24,000 nt of DNA from contig JBCNVM010000007.1 in NCBI GenBank assembly GCA_039630085.1, forward strand, positions 7,742-31,741, written 5' to 3'. This document shows, piece after piece, positions 1 to 8,225 of the stretch (positions are counted from its first letter, which is position 1; each line of letters starts with the position of its first letter). Source of the stretch: Candidatus Caldarchaeales archaeon. GTDB lineage: Archaea > Thermoproteota > Nitrososphaeria_A > Caldarchaeales > Calditenuaceae. Both the position numbers and the translations under genes were made by a program. The notes under the pieces were generated by a model. It did not search any database and was not told the origin of the DNA. It was given only the letters and a program-made list of their open reading frames with translations.

Positions 1-1395
1 ATGAACATACTTTTCGGGCTTATACAGCCCGACGAAGGGGAGATCTACTTGGACGGCAGGAGGGTCGTCTTCAGGTCGCCCCTCGATGCGATAAACATGG
101 GCGTCGGGATGGTCCATCAGAACAGGAAGTTAATACCCGCGCACACCGTGCTCGACAACGTAATAATCGGACACCCGAAGACAGGGTGGCTTCTGGACAG
201 GAAGAGGAGCAGGGCCGAGGTGGAGGAGCTGTGCAGGAGGTTCGGGTTCGACCTTGACCTCGACGCGCGGGTCTGGCAGCTCTCGGCAGGGGAGAAGCAG
301 CTGGTCGAGATCGTCCGTGCCCTTTACAGGGGGGCTAAGATACTGATCCTCGATGAGCCGACGTCCGTGCTCACGCCGCCCGAGATCGAAAGCTTCTTGG
401 AGTCCCTCAAGGCCCTCTCGAGAGAGAAGATCACTCTGGTCCCGTTCGTGACCCACAAGCTTCCGGAAGTCTTTTCGACGTGTGACAGGGTTACCATCCT
501 CAGGAGGGGGAAGGTGGTCAAGACGCTTAACGTCAAGGAGGCCACTGCCAAGCAACTCGCAGAGTACATGGTCGGCAAGGAGGTTTCTCTCTCGATAGAG
601 AGGCAGGACTCCAGGTTAGGACAGGAGATCCTGAGGGTCGAGAACCTCTCCGCGATGAACGACAAGGGTCTCGTGGCCTTCAGCGGCGTCACCTTCTCGC
701 TGCGCGAGGGCGAGATCTTCGGCATAGCGGGCGTCAGCGGGAACGGACAGCATGAGCTGGCAGAGACCATCTTCGGCCTGAGGAGGCCGTTGTCCGGCAG
801 GATCCTCTACAACGACCGCGACATCACCAAGTCCTCCGTCCTCCAGCGGTTGCGGATGGGGATCGCATACATCCCGCCGGAGAGGTTGGGAGTTGCGGCG
901 GTCGGCGAACTGAGCTTAGTCGACAACGTGTTGCTCATGTATTACTACGACGGTGCCGCGTCGAGGAGCGGGTTCATCAATTACAAGCTCATTCGGGAGC
1001 TAACGGAACAGATCATCTCCGAATACGGCATTGTCGCTCCCGGGCCCACTGCCAAGGCATCGCACTTGTCCGGCGGAAACCTGCAGAGGCTCATCCTCGG
1101 CCGGGTCCTCTCTAGGAACCCGAAGGTCGTCATAGCTAACCTCCCGACGCAGGGGCTCGACGTGGCGGCCGCCCAGTACGTAAGGAGGAAGCTGCTGGAG
1201 TGCAAGCAGCGCGGTGCCGGCGTGATCCTGATCTCGGAGGACCTCGACGAGATACTGCAACTTAGCGATAGGGTCGCCCCCGTCTACGAGGGGCGTTTCG
1301 TCGACGTTCTTGATAACACGGCCCTCCGGAAGGAGGAAGTAGGGGCGATGATAGCGGGCGCCCACGCGGGGAGGGAGAAGGGCCTTGCTCAGTGA
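1..1395 (+). CDS. ABC transporter ATP-binding protein, tandem-cassette (BMP/CUT2-type sugar or nucleoside importer), 5' end cut by window edge
   Basis: The frame is open from base 1. The first-cassette Walker A is missing, so the gene continues upstream. Cassette 1 has signature LSAGEKQLVEI and Walker B ILILDEPTS. Cassette 2 has GVSGNGQHEL, signature LSGGNLQRL and ILISEDLDE. Stop TGA at 1393-1395. Confidence 0.9.
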   Translation: MNILFGLIQPDEGEIYLDGRRVVFRSPLDAINMGVGMVHQNRKLIPAHTVLDNVIIGHPKTGWLLDRKRSRAEVEELCRRFGFDLDLDARVWQLSAGEKQLVEIVRALYRGAKILILDEPTSVLTPPEIESFLESLKALSREKITLVPFVTHKLPEVFSTCDRVTILRRGKVVKTLNVKEATAKQLAEYMVGKEVSLSIERQDSRLGQEILRVENLSAMNDKGLVAFSGVTFSLREGEIFGIAGVSGNGQHELAETIFGLRRPLSGRILYNDRDITKSSVLQRLRMGIAYIPPERLGVAAVGELSLVDNVLLMYYYDGAASRSGFINYKLIRELTEQIISEYGIVAPGPTAKASHLSGGNLQRLILGRVLSRNPKVVIANLPTQGLDVAAAQYVRRKLLECKQRGAGVILISEDLDEILQLSDRVAPVYEGRFVDVLDNTALRKEEVGAMIAGAHAGREKGLAQ

Positions 1396-2467
1396 TACCC
1401 ATTTCAGGATCAAGCTGGAGAGGCTCCCCACCTTATCCGGTTGGAGGGCCGTCAGGATATCGCTTTACTCGATAGTGCTGTCGTTCCTTCTGTTCAGCAG
1501 CGTGTTGATATACGAGGGCGCCGATCCGCTCGTGGCTTACCAGAACATGTTCTCGTTCGCTTTCGATCCCAAGCTGGGACTCCCGCTGACCCTTCACAGG
1601 TCCATGCTGATCCTTCTGTGTACCCTCGCGTTCATCATCCCGTTGAGAGCAGGGCTCTGGAACGTGGGGATGGAGGGGCAGTTCTATCTCGGCACCATCG
1701 GGGCCTTCTTCTTAGCCTACACCTTCTCGACTTACTCCTCAGAGGTCCTGATGCTTCTCATGATAGTGGGGGCAATGGGCGGAGGGGCACTCTACGGCGC
1801 CATCGCTGGGTTCTTACGCGGTCGGTACAACGTCAACGAGGTGGTAGTGACGCTCATGCTCAACAACATAGCGTTCTGGATCGTATACATGCTCGTGGTC
1901 GGAGGGCCGTGGGCTGGGATCGCCGAGTCGTCGAGCAGGCCGCTACCTACGTCCGCTCACGCTCCGTTCATCTCCATAACGCCCATCACGAGCTACATCA
2001 TCGTCGCACTCGCAGTGCTCGTCTTCCTCTTCCTCACCAAGACGACCTTGGGATTCAAGCTCCGGGTCCTAGGATATAGCCCCGTAGCCGCGAGGATTGC
2101 CGGCATAGAGGAGTTCAGGGTCTCTGTCCTCGTGATGAGCATAGGAGGTGCCTTAGCTGGTCTGGCCGGCTATCACATGTGGGCGGGCGATCCGGCATAC
2201 TACATGATTCCGCGTCCGGAGGCTTACAAAGCGATAGGCGATCTGACCTACTGGGGCATCATAATCGGGCTGATCTGCCTGCTCAATCCCATTCCCGCCA
2301 TACCGGCTTCCCTCTTCATGGGCTCCGTCATAGTCGGCTCGACCGTGTTGGTGAGGAGGCTGCGACTGCCTTTCGGGCTAGATTTCCTGCTGCTGGGGAT
2401 CATCTCGATTACCTTTGCCGCCTTCCAACTGTTCTACAACTACAGGATGCGGGTGATCAGGAAATGA
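1385..2467 (+). CDS. ABC transporter permease (BMP-type, YufP/NupP-like)
   Basis: 360-aa ORF with many hydrophobic segments and a NVGMEGQFYLG motif typical of this permease family. The only start upstream of the first TM segment is TTG 1385, which overlaps the ATPase stop by 11 nt (operon coupling). Confidence 0.8.
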   Translation: MLSDTHFRIKLERLPTLSGWRAVRISLYSIVLSFLLFSSVLIYEGADPLVAYQNMFSFAFDPKLGLPLTLHRSMLILLCTLAFIIPLRAGLWNVGMEGQFYLGTIGAFFLAYTFSTYSSEVLMLLMIVGAMGGGALYGAIAGFLRGRYNVNEVVVTLMLNNIAFWIVYMLVVGGPWAGIAESSSRPLPTSAHAPFISITPITSYIIVALAVLVFLFLTKTTLGFKLRVLGYSPVAARIAGIEEFRVSVLVMSIGGALAGLAGYHMWAGDPAYYMIPRPEAYKAIGDLTYWGIIIGLICLLNPIPAIPASLFMGSVIVGSTVLVRRLRLPFGLDFLLLGIISITFAAFQLFYNYRMRVIRK

Positions 2468-3357
2468 TCGAGTTACCTCCGGCGATCTGGCCCTTCACCA
2501 CTAGGGTCTTAGAGGTCTCAACGATCCTGCTTCTCGCTGCCGCAGGCGAGCTCCTCGTCCAGCGGTCGGGCGTGATCAACGTCGGTATCGAGGGCCTCAT
2601 GCTGTTCGGCGCGGCGACGTCGTTCATGACCGCTCAGCTCTTCGGTCCGCTTCCGGGCTTCATCGCAGGCTCGCTCGTGGGGACCCTTCTGGGACTCTTC
2701 CACGCCGTGATGTCGGTCTCTTTGAGGGTCAATCAGATAATCAGTGGAATGGGGGTTTGGTTGTTCGCGATGGGTTTCGTAACTTACTGGGCTGACAGGT
2801 ATACTGGTCCTCTCCGGACTTCGGTCCCGCGCATAGCCGGTCTAACTCCTGCCCTATTCATAGCGCTCGCCGTAGTTTTCGTGATCTGGTTCGTGCTGAA
2901 CAAAACGCATTATGGCTTGAAGATACGGTCCGTGGGGGAGAATCCCGCGGCCGCTGAGGTTTCCGGCGTCAATGTCAGTAGGATAAGGTACGTTTGCACG
3001 ATTATCGGCGGCACGCTGGGCAGCTTCGCGGGATCGGTCCTGCTCCTTTCGTACCTCGGGGCCTGGAGTCATCTCCCCACAAAAGGACTCGGATGGCTGT
3101 CGTTCGGATTGGTCATGTTCTCGCTCTGGAGACCAGGGATACTGCTCGCCGGGGCGCTCGCCTTCGGCTTCGTCTGGCAGTTCGCGATCTCGCCCGAGTC
3201 CATCGTCCCCGGCTTCCCAGTCCCTCTACCTGTTAGCAGAATGCTTCCGTTCTTGGTGACGGTAGTGATACTCACGATAATCTCGACCGAGCGGTTCAGG
3301 AGGAAATGGGCTCTGCTGAAACCTGAAGCGCTCGGACAACCATACATAAAAGAATGA
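2464..3357 (+). CDS. ABC transporter permease (BMP-type, YufQ/NupQ-like)
   Basis: ATG 2464 overlaps the upstream stop (ATGA at 2464-2467). The first 95 codons of the track ORF 2179..3357 lie inside the preceding gene and look non-protein-like. It has an INVGIEGLMLFGA motif and multiple TM segments. Confidence 0.8.
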   Translation: MIELPPAIWPFTTRVLEVSTILLLAAAGELLVQRSGVINVGIEGLMLFGAATSFMTAQLFGPLPGFIAGSLVGTLLGLFHAVMSVSLRVNQIISGMGVWLFAMGFVTYWADRYTGPLRTSVPRIAGLTPALFIALAVVFVIWFVLNKTHYGLKIRSVGENPAAAEVSGVNVSRIRYVCTIIGGTLGSFAGSVLLLSYLGAWSHLPTKGLGWLSFGLVMFSLWRPGILLAGALAFGFVWQFAISPESIVPGFPVPLPVSRMLPFLVTVVILTIISTERFRRKWALLKPEALGQPYIKE

Positions 3358-3383
3358 TGATCCTGAGCGTATGTGACTCTGTT

Positions 3384-4730
3384 TTACTTCAGCAGCACTA
3401 TGCCGTCCAGCATGAAGTTGAGCCTCGCGAGTAGAAATTCGTCTGTCGGCATCTCTTTTGCGGGCTTCACCACGGTACCCTTCGGAGGTACCTTCAGGTT
3501 GAGCTGCGGTATTTCGATCCCCTCGCCACTGCTGACCAGCTCGTTCTCATAGAACGGGTCCCAAGCGCCGCTCATCATCTGAGCCCTCCTGAGCTCTATG
3601 AGTTTCAGTACCCTCTCGGGGATGAGCGGTCTCGCCTTCGGGCTGATCGCCTCGAGCCCCACCTTCATATCGTTCTGTAGGTCGACTGCCGGCAACTTGG
3701 TCTGGCCTGGCATGATCGGATTGTTCTCCGGCAGCGAGATGTGTGTGTTCATGCCCAAGAAGTAGATCCTGTCGGGGTTAGTAGTGCCCGCGAGGTACTC
3801 CTTCAGGATCCGGTCGAAGAGGACCTCCCATCTGGTGTCGAAGGATACGGCAACCGTGTCGGTGGTAGACCACTTGTAGAGTCCCACCACGTCCGTGTCC
3901 TTACCTACGAACCAGATCTTTTTCTCCTCCGCGACCCTGAGGGGCTCGACCGAGTCCGTGTAATGGGTCAGGACATCGACCCCGGCGTCCACTAACGCAA
4001 GCGATACCTCCTTCTCCTTGGGCGGATCGAACCACTCGCCGACGTATTTGATGTACAGCGTCGCGTTAGGGTTAGCGTCCTTGATCCCCAAGTAGAACGC
4101 GGCCATCCTCCTGAAGTTCTGCACGGCTGCCGGCCCCACTGCTATGCCGATCTTGTTCTTGCGCGTTATGGCGCCTGCGATCAGTCCCTCGAGGTACATC
4201 GCCTGATACTGTCTGATGAAAACCCTCATGAAGTTCCTTCTCGAAGAGACGTCGCTCCCGACGATGCCGAGGAAGTAGACGTTGGGGTTTTCGTCGGCTA
4301 TCCTGTGGAACGCGGGGACTGCCGCGGGCTCCCAGCTCCCGAAGATCACGTTGGCCTTGTTGACGGTGATCAGGTCCCTGGCCGACGATATCGGGTCCTT
4401 GCCCTTCAGGATAACACCCTCGTCGCGGACGTAGTCGAACCAGTTGTAGATCTTCTTCAGCCTCTCCGCGGCCATCACCTGGCGCCCGTCCCACGTCGAG
4501 CCCTCGACGTATCCTCCTAGGACCATCCCCAGAACGACCTTATTGGTCGCTTGAACCTCACGGGTCACGGTTGTCGTGAAGGCCCTCGTCTCGGTCACAG
4601 TCCGAGCTGGAGCTGCAGAGCCCCCAGCGAAGTATCCCCCAACAGCTCCCACGACTCCAGCGCCAACGGCGGCCGCCGCGACCTTTCCGGCAGTCGAGAT
4701 GGCCTCCCTTCTCGTTACCCTTCTAGTCAC
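3384..4730 (-). CDS. BMP-family (PnrA/Med-like) ABC substrate-binding protein with Tat-like signal/anchor
   Basis: 448-aa ORF with GTG start at 4730. The N-terminus has TRREAIS followed by the hydrophobic stretch AAAAVGAGVVGAVGG, then a Thr-rich linker (TVTETRAFTTTVTRE). The body has BMP-like blocks (AMYLEGLIAGAITRKNKIGIAVGP, FDPPKEKE, DAGVDVLTHY). It is convergent with the permease genes. Confidence 0.75.
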   Translation of the reverse strand: MTRRVTRREAISTAGKVAAAAVGAGVVGAVGGYFAGGSAAPARTVTETRAFTTTVTREVQATNKVVLGMVLGGYVEGSTWDGRQVMAAERLKKIYNWFDYVRDEGVILKGKDPISSARDLITVNKANVIFGSWEPAAVPAFHRIADENPNVYFLGIVGSDVSSRRNFMRVFIRQYQAMYLEGLIAGAITRKNKIGIAVGPAAVQNFRRMAAFYLGIKDANPNATLYIKYVGEWFDPPKEKEVSLALVDAGVDVLTHYTDSVEPLRVAEEKKIWFVGKDTDVVGLYKWSTTDTVAVSFDTRWEVLFDRILKEYLAGTTNPDRIYFLGMNTHISLPENNPIMPGQTKLPAVDLQNDMKVGLEAISPKARPLIPERVLKLIELRRAQMMSGAWDPFYENELVSSGEGIEIPQLNLKVPPKGTVVKPAKEMPTDEFLLARLNFMLDGIVLLK

Positions 4731-4749
4731 GCGAAACGCGCTCCGATGG

Positions 4750-4768
4750 TTTTATTTAACCTTTTTAC
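4750..4768 (-). promoter_or_regulatory. TATA-like box upstream of the binding-protein gene
   Basis: The minus strand reads GTAAAAAGGTTAAATAAAA about 20-38 nt upstream of GTG 4730. It is the only AT-rich element in the 43-nt gap after the CoxL-like stop. Confidence 0.4.
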
Positions 4769-4773
4769 ACTAA

Positions 4774-7098
4774 CTAATATCTTCGCCGACGAATAAGTTC
4801 ATAAAGCTTGTGGGGCTGCAGCGGGCTCTCGAACGGGATGACGGAGTTGTCGAGTGCGTCCTGCACTGTCGAGGCGATGACCGCGGCGACCGGTATAGCC
4901 CCTGCCTCTCCCACGCCCTTCACCCCCAGCGGGTTGAGAGGGGACGGTGTCTCGATGTGCCTTATGATTATCTCGTTCGGCGTCTCGACTGAGGTCGGAA
5001 CGAGGTAATCGGCGAAGCTCGCTGTCAGAGGCTGACCGTTCTCGTCGTGCACGATCTCCTCGAGCAGAGAGAACCCTATCCCGTTTGAAAGGCCTCCGAG
5101 GATCTGGCCCTCTACGATCATCGGATTTATGACTTTTCCGCAGTCGTGGACCACGACCATCCGCAGTATCGTGATTGCGCCCGTCTCCGGATCGACCTCT
5201 ACCTCGGCCGCTGCTCCTCCCGACGAGAACACTGAGTGTACCGGGCTGAAGTACTTCGTGGCCTCGAGCCCCGGCTCTCGCTTTATCAGGCCCCGCAGGG
5301 GACGGGCGCGCTCGGCGAGCTCTCCGAGGCCCATCGACTTGTCCGGTACCCCCTTGACGTAGACCCGTCCGTCCCTGAACTCCAAGTCGTCGGGACTGGT
5401 CTCGAGGATCTGCGCCGCGAGCTCCGCGGCTTTCCTCCTGACCTCCATTGCTGCCAGGTAGACCGCGTTTCCGGCTATGGTGGCAGACCTGCTGGCGAAT
5501 GTGCCCACCCCCCATGACATCTGCGCAGTGTCCCCGACGGCCACGTCCACATCGTGCACGCTCACTCCCAACGCCTCGGAGACGATCTGTGCCAAGGTGG
5601 TGGACTGGCCCTGACCCTGGGTCCCGACGCCCGTTGCGACGCTCACCTTGCCGGACGGCGTCACGGTCACTCTGGCCATCTCGTAGGGGCCCACTCCGGC
5701 TCCCTCAACGTAGAGCGCGAGCCCAAGCCCGACGAACCTGCCCTCTCTCCTGTACCTCTCCCTGCGTTCGGGCCAGCCTCTGTAGTCTATCGCGTCCAAG
5801 AGCGTCTCGAGGAGGAGCGGGTAATTCCCGCTGTCGTACTTCACCGGCCCTCCGTCCTGATAGATTATCCCGGTGTCGTACGGGAACTCGTTGGGCTGGA
5901 TGATATTCCGCCTCCTTATCTCGGCCCTGTCAAGTCCCAACCTGTGCGCCGCCACGTCCATCATCCTTTCCATCACGTAAACGGCTTCCGGTCTTCCGGC
6001 GCCTCTGACCGGGCTGACGATGGTCTTGTTGGTGTAGACCGACGCGAACTCCACGTCGAACGCGGGTATTTTGTATGGTCCGGGCATCGTCCCTGTTGTG
6101 ATGATCGGCACCATTATTCCATAGGGTGTGTAAGCTCCAGTGTCGACTAGGAAACTGTCGCTCAGTCCTAGTATCTTCCCGTCCCTGCTGAAGGCTGCCC
6201 TCACGTAGTGGACCTGTATCCTCTGCTGGTTGGCCGCCACCATATACTCCCGCCTCTCCTCTATCCACTTGACCGGACGGCCCAGCCTGATCGCCGCGAA
6301 GGGGACTAAGATCTCCTCGGGGTAGAACAGCATGATCTTCGGGCCGAACCCACCCCCCACGTCTGGAGCTATCACCCTCACCCGATTCTCGGGAATGCCG
6401 AACAGCTTCGCGAGTCCGTTCCGGATCGGAATTGGGGCTTGGGTGGAGTCCCAGACCGTCAGATAACCCGACTTCTCGTCGTAGTGCGCCACCACACCCC
6501 TGGTCTCTATGGATGCCCCCGCGCCCCTGTTGAAGACGATTCGCTGCTCTATCACGAGGTCTGCGCGCCGGAAGGCCTCGGAGACGTCTCCGACCCTCAC
6601 CCTATGTCGGGCTGCTATGTTGTTGGGCACGTCGTCGTGTACGAGCGGAGACCCGGGCTGAATCGCCCTCTCAACGTCAACGACTGGTTCCAGCGGATCG
6701 TATTCCACAGATATCAGCTCCAACGCGTCCCTTGCGACGTACTTGTCCTCGGCTACGACCATCGCGATCGGTTCCCCCACGTAACGCACCTTGTCCTTCG
6801 CTAGCGCGTAGTGGGTCTTCATGTAGGGTATCGGATATTGAGGCAGCGGGGTGATCGAGGGTGGAAGCGGTCCGTTCAGGGGCCCTAAGTCCTCGGCCGT
6901 GTAGACCGCCGCTACCCCGTCCAGCCTCTCGGCCCCCGACTTGTCAATCGAGACTATCCTCGCGTGGGCGTGGGGACTTCTCAGGATTGCAGCGTAGAGC
7001 ATTCGTGGGAGGACGATGTCGTCAACGAACAGGCCCTTGCCCGATAGAAGCCTCCCGTCCTCCAGTCTAGGTACGGAGGCTCCTATAATTTTCTTCAT
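4774..7098 (-). CDS. Molybdopterin-binding large subunit of the xanthine dehydrogenase / aerobic CO dehydrogenase (CoxL) family; substrate unknown
   Basis: The conserved N-terminus begins at ATG 7098 (MKKIIGASVPRLEDGRLLSGKG). Family motifs are present: VGGGFGPK, SPVRGAGRPE, EVEVDPETG, VHDCGKVINP, KGVGEAG. The track ORF extends to 7170, but the extra 24 codons run through the AT-rich promoter region. Confidence 0.85.
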   Translation of the reverse strand: MKKIIGASVPRLEDGRLLSGKGLFVDDIVLPRMLYAAILRSPHAHARIVSIDKSGAERLDGVAAVYTAEDLGPLNGPLPPSITPLPQYPIPYMKTHYALAKDKVRYVGEPIAMVVAEDKYVARDALELISVEYDPLEPVVDVERAIQPGSPLVHDDVPNNIAARHRVRVGDVSEAFRRADLVIEQRIVFNRGAGASIETRGVVAHYDEKSGYLTVWDSTQAPIPIRNGLAKLFGIPENRVRVIAPDVGGGFGPKIMLFYPEEILVPFAAIRLGRPVKWIEERREYMVAANQQRIQVHYVRAAFSRDGKILGLSDSFLVDTGAYTPYGIMVPIITTGTMPGPYKIPAFDVEFASVYTNKTIVSPVRGAGRPEAVYVMERMMDVAAHRLGLDRAEIRRRNIIQPNEFPYDTGIIYQDGGPVKYDSGNYPLLLETLLDAIDYRGWPERRERYRREGRFVGLGLALYVEGAGVGPYEMARVTVTPSGKVSVATGVGTQGQGQSTTLAQIVSEALGVSVHDVDVAVGDTAQMSWGVGTFASRSATIAGNAVYLAAMEVRRKAAELAAQILETSPDDLEFRDGRVYVKGVPDKSMGLGELAERARPLRGLIKREPGLEATKYFSPVHSVFSSGGAAAEVEVDPETGAITILRMVVVHDCGKVINPMIVEGQILGGLSNGIGFSLLEEIVHDENGQPLTASFADYLVPTSVETPNEIIIRHIETPSPLNPLGVKGVGEAGAIPVAAVIASTVQDALDNSVIPFESPLQPHKLYELIRRRRY

Positions 7099-7111
7099 AT
7101 GACGCCGGTCA

Positions 7112-7150
7112 TTGATTCTATTATTTATGTTTATTCTTTGATATAATAGT
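7112..7150. promoter_or_regulatory. AT-rich divergent promoter region (TATA-like boxes on both strands)
   Basis: The sequence ttgattctattatttatgtttattctttgatataatag is embedded in GC-rich DNA. The minus-strand ACATAAATAA lies about 25-35 nt upstream of ATG 7098. Confidence 0.45.
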
Positions 7151-7305
7151 TTTGCAGTCGTATGCCACATCGGAGGCGGTTCGCGTCTTCCCGTTCCACT
7201 GCTGCAGCAGGGCTCGCCTCGAACGCCGTCATGATGCGATTCTTTGCGCGGTCTCCGGGCCGAACTCGCGAACCTTTTTCCCGGAGAGGGAACGCGTAGC
7301 GCGCG

Positions 7306-8157
7306 ATGAAGTCCGGCGCGCTGAGCTACGACGAGGGCTACAGGCTGCTGTCGGAAGGCGGCGGAACCGTCGAGGCTCTGGGGAGCAGGGCGGCATACGT
7401 GAGGACGCCCTCCGAGGATGTTGTGATACTGACCGATCGACCTCTGACGCGCTATTCGGTCTCCCTCTTCGACTCTTGGGAGGACTTGAGGAAGGTCATC
7501 GAAGTGGGCGACCGCGTCTCGATCGAGCGGTCGACGCTGACGATCGGAGCTGAGCTCCGCGTGCCGTTGAGGGTACGGGGTCTCTGTTCGAGGGTGACGG
7601 GCCGCTCTGATCTCAGCCCAGAGTCCCTGAGCTCGGCGATCAGTTATTTCCGGGCGCTCGCTTCAGTCGACGAGCGCGACCCGGTTGTGGAGCGAGGCGT
7701 AGAGATCCTCAGGAGCAGCGCGAGTGCCGACGCTCTCTGCGAGTCCCTTAAGGAGGTCGTCGGAAAGGGCAGGGGGTACACGCCGGTCGGCGACGACTTC
7801 GTTTCGGGGGTCATGGTGGCCTTCAAGTTACTTGGCCGCGAATCTGACTTCCGTCCGCTCGTAGAGTTCGCAAAGTCGCGTTCGAGGTGGCCCAGCTGGA
7901 AAATGATGGAGCACTCCCTTCACGGGTGCACATTCCTTTCGGTCATGTCGCTCTGTGCCTCGATCGCAAAGGGGTCTGACCCAACTCCACATGTGATGAG
8001 TTCACTTAGGATGGGCAGCTCAACGGGGCTTGCCGTTTTGACAGGGCTTTTTGAGACGTTGTTTTTGTATTACAGGAGTTTGTCTAATATGTTTTTGAGG
8101 TCGTCCTCGATTTCCGCAGGTGGGCTCCATTCGACGTCGACGACTTCCACACCCTGA
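7306..8157 (+). CDS. DUF2877-like protein (YlbF/AllH family)
   Basis: 283-aa ORF. The GKGRGYTPVGDDFVSGV motif matches the G-x-G-x-G-x-TP-x-GDD-x-x-x-G signature I associate with DUF2877. It sits next to FdrA and DUF1116 genes, as in bacterial fdrA-ylbE-ylbF loci. The last ~29 codons are antisense to the 51-aa ORF and look low-complexity. Confidence 0.6.
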   Translation: MKSGALSYDEGYRLLSEGGGTVEALGSRAAYVRTPSEDVVILTDRPLTRYSVSLFDSWEDLRKVIEVGDRVSIERSTLTIGAELRVPLRVRGLCSRVTGRSDLSPESLSSAISYFRALASVDERDPVVERGVEILRSSASADALCESLKEVVGKGRGYTPVGDDFVSGVMVAFKLLGRESDFRPLVEFAKSRSRWPSWKMMEHSLHGCTFLSVMSLCASIAKGSDPTPHVMSSLRMGSSTGLAVLTGLFETLFLYYRSLSNMFLRSSSISAGGLHSTSTTSTP

Positions 8158-8225
8158 CTTCGGAGGCTCTCGGAGAATATTGACACGCCGATGCAGAGCA
8201 CCTTTCCGATCCTCTCCGGCGTCAT
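8070..8225 (-). CDS. Small protein (51 aa) equivalent to the C-terminal tail of bacterial FdrA; not in the supplied ORF track
   Basis: Hand translation gives MTPERIGKVLCIGVSIFSESLRSQGVEVVDVEWSPPAEIEDDLKNILDKLL. Its ATG (8223-8225) overlaps the FdrA stop TGA (8222-8224) as ATGA. It is collinear with the E. coli FdrA C-terminus as I recall it (VINIGLRSFALELQS...PVVHYQWSPVAGG...LARLLERL). Confidence 0.6.
   Translation of the reverse strand: MTPERIGKVLCIGVSIFSESLRSQGVEVVDVEWSPPAEIEDDLKNILDKLL

Noticed and set aside
1441-2463. ORF 1441..2079(+) and the first 95 codons of ORF 2179..3357
   Set aside because: They are alternative frames inside permease 1. They are R/H/G-rich and non-membrane-like, and the true second-permease start is the ATGA-coupled ATG 2464.
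7099-7170. 24-codon N-terminal extension of the CoxL-like ORF (MWHTTAKLLYQRININNRINDRRH)
   Set aside because: It is encoded by the AT-rich promoter block. The family-conserved N-terminus starts at ATG 7098.
7152-7553. 133-aa ORF spanning the coxL/DUF2877 intergenic region and the DUF2877 5' end
   Set aside because: It starts with TTG inside the AT-rich promoter block, is R-rich, and is out of frame with the motif-bearing DUF2877 ORF.
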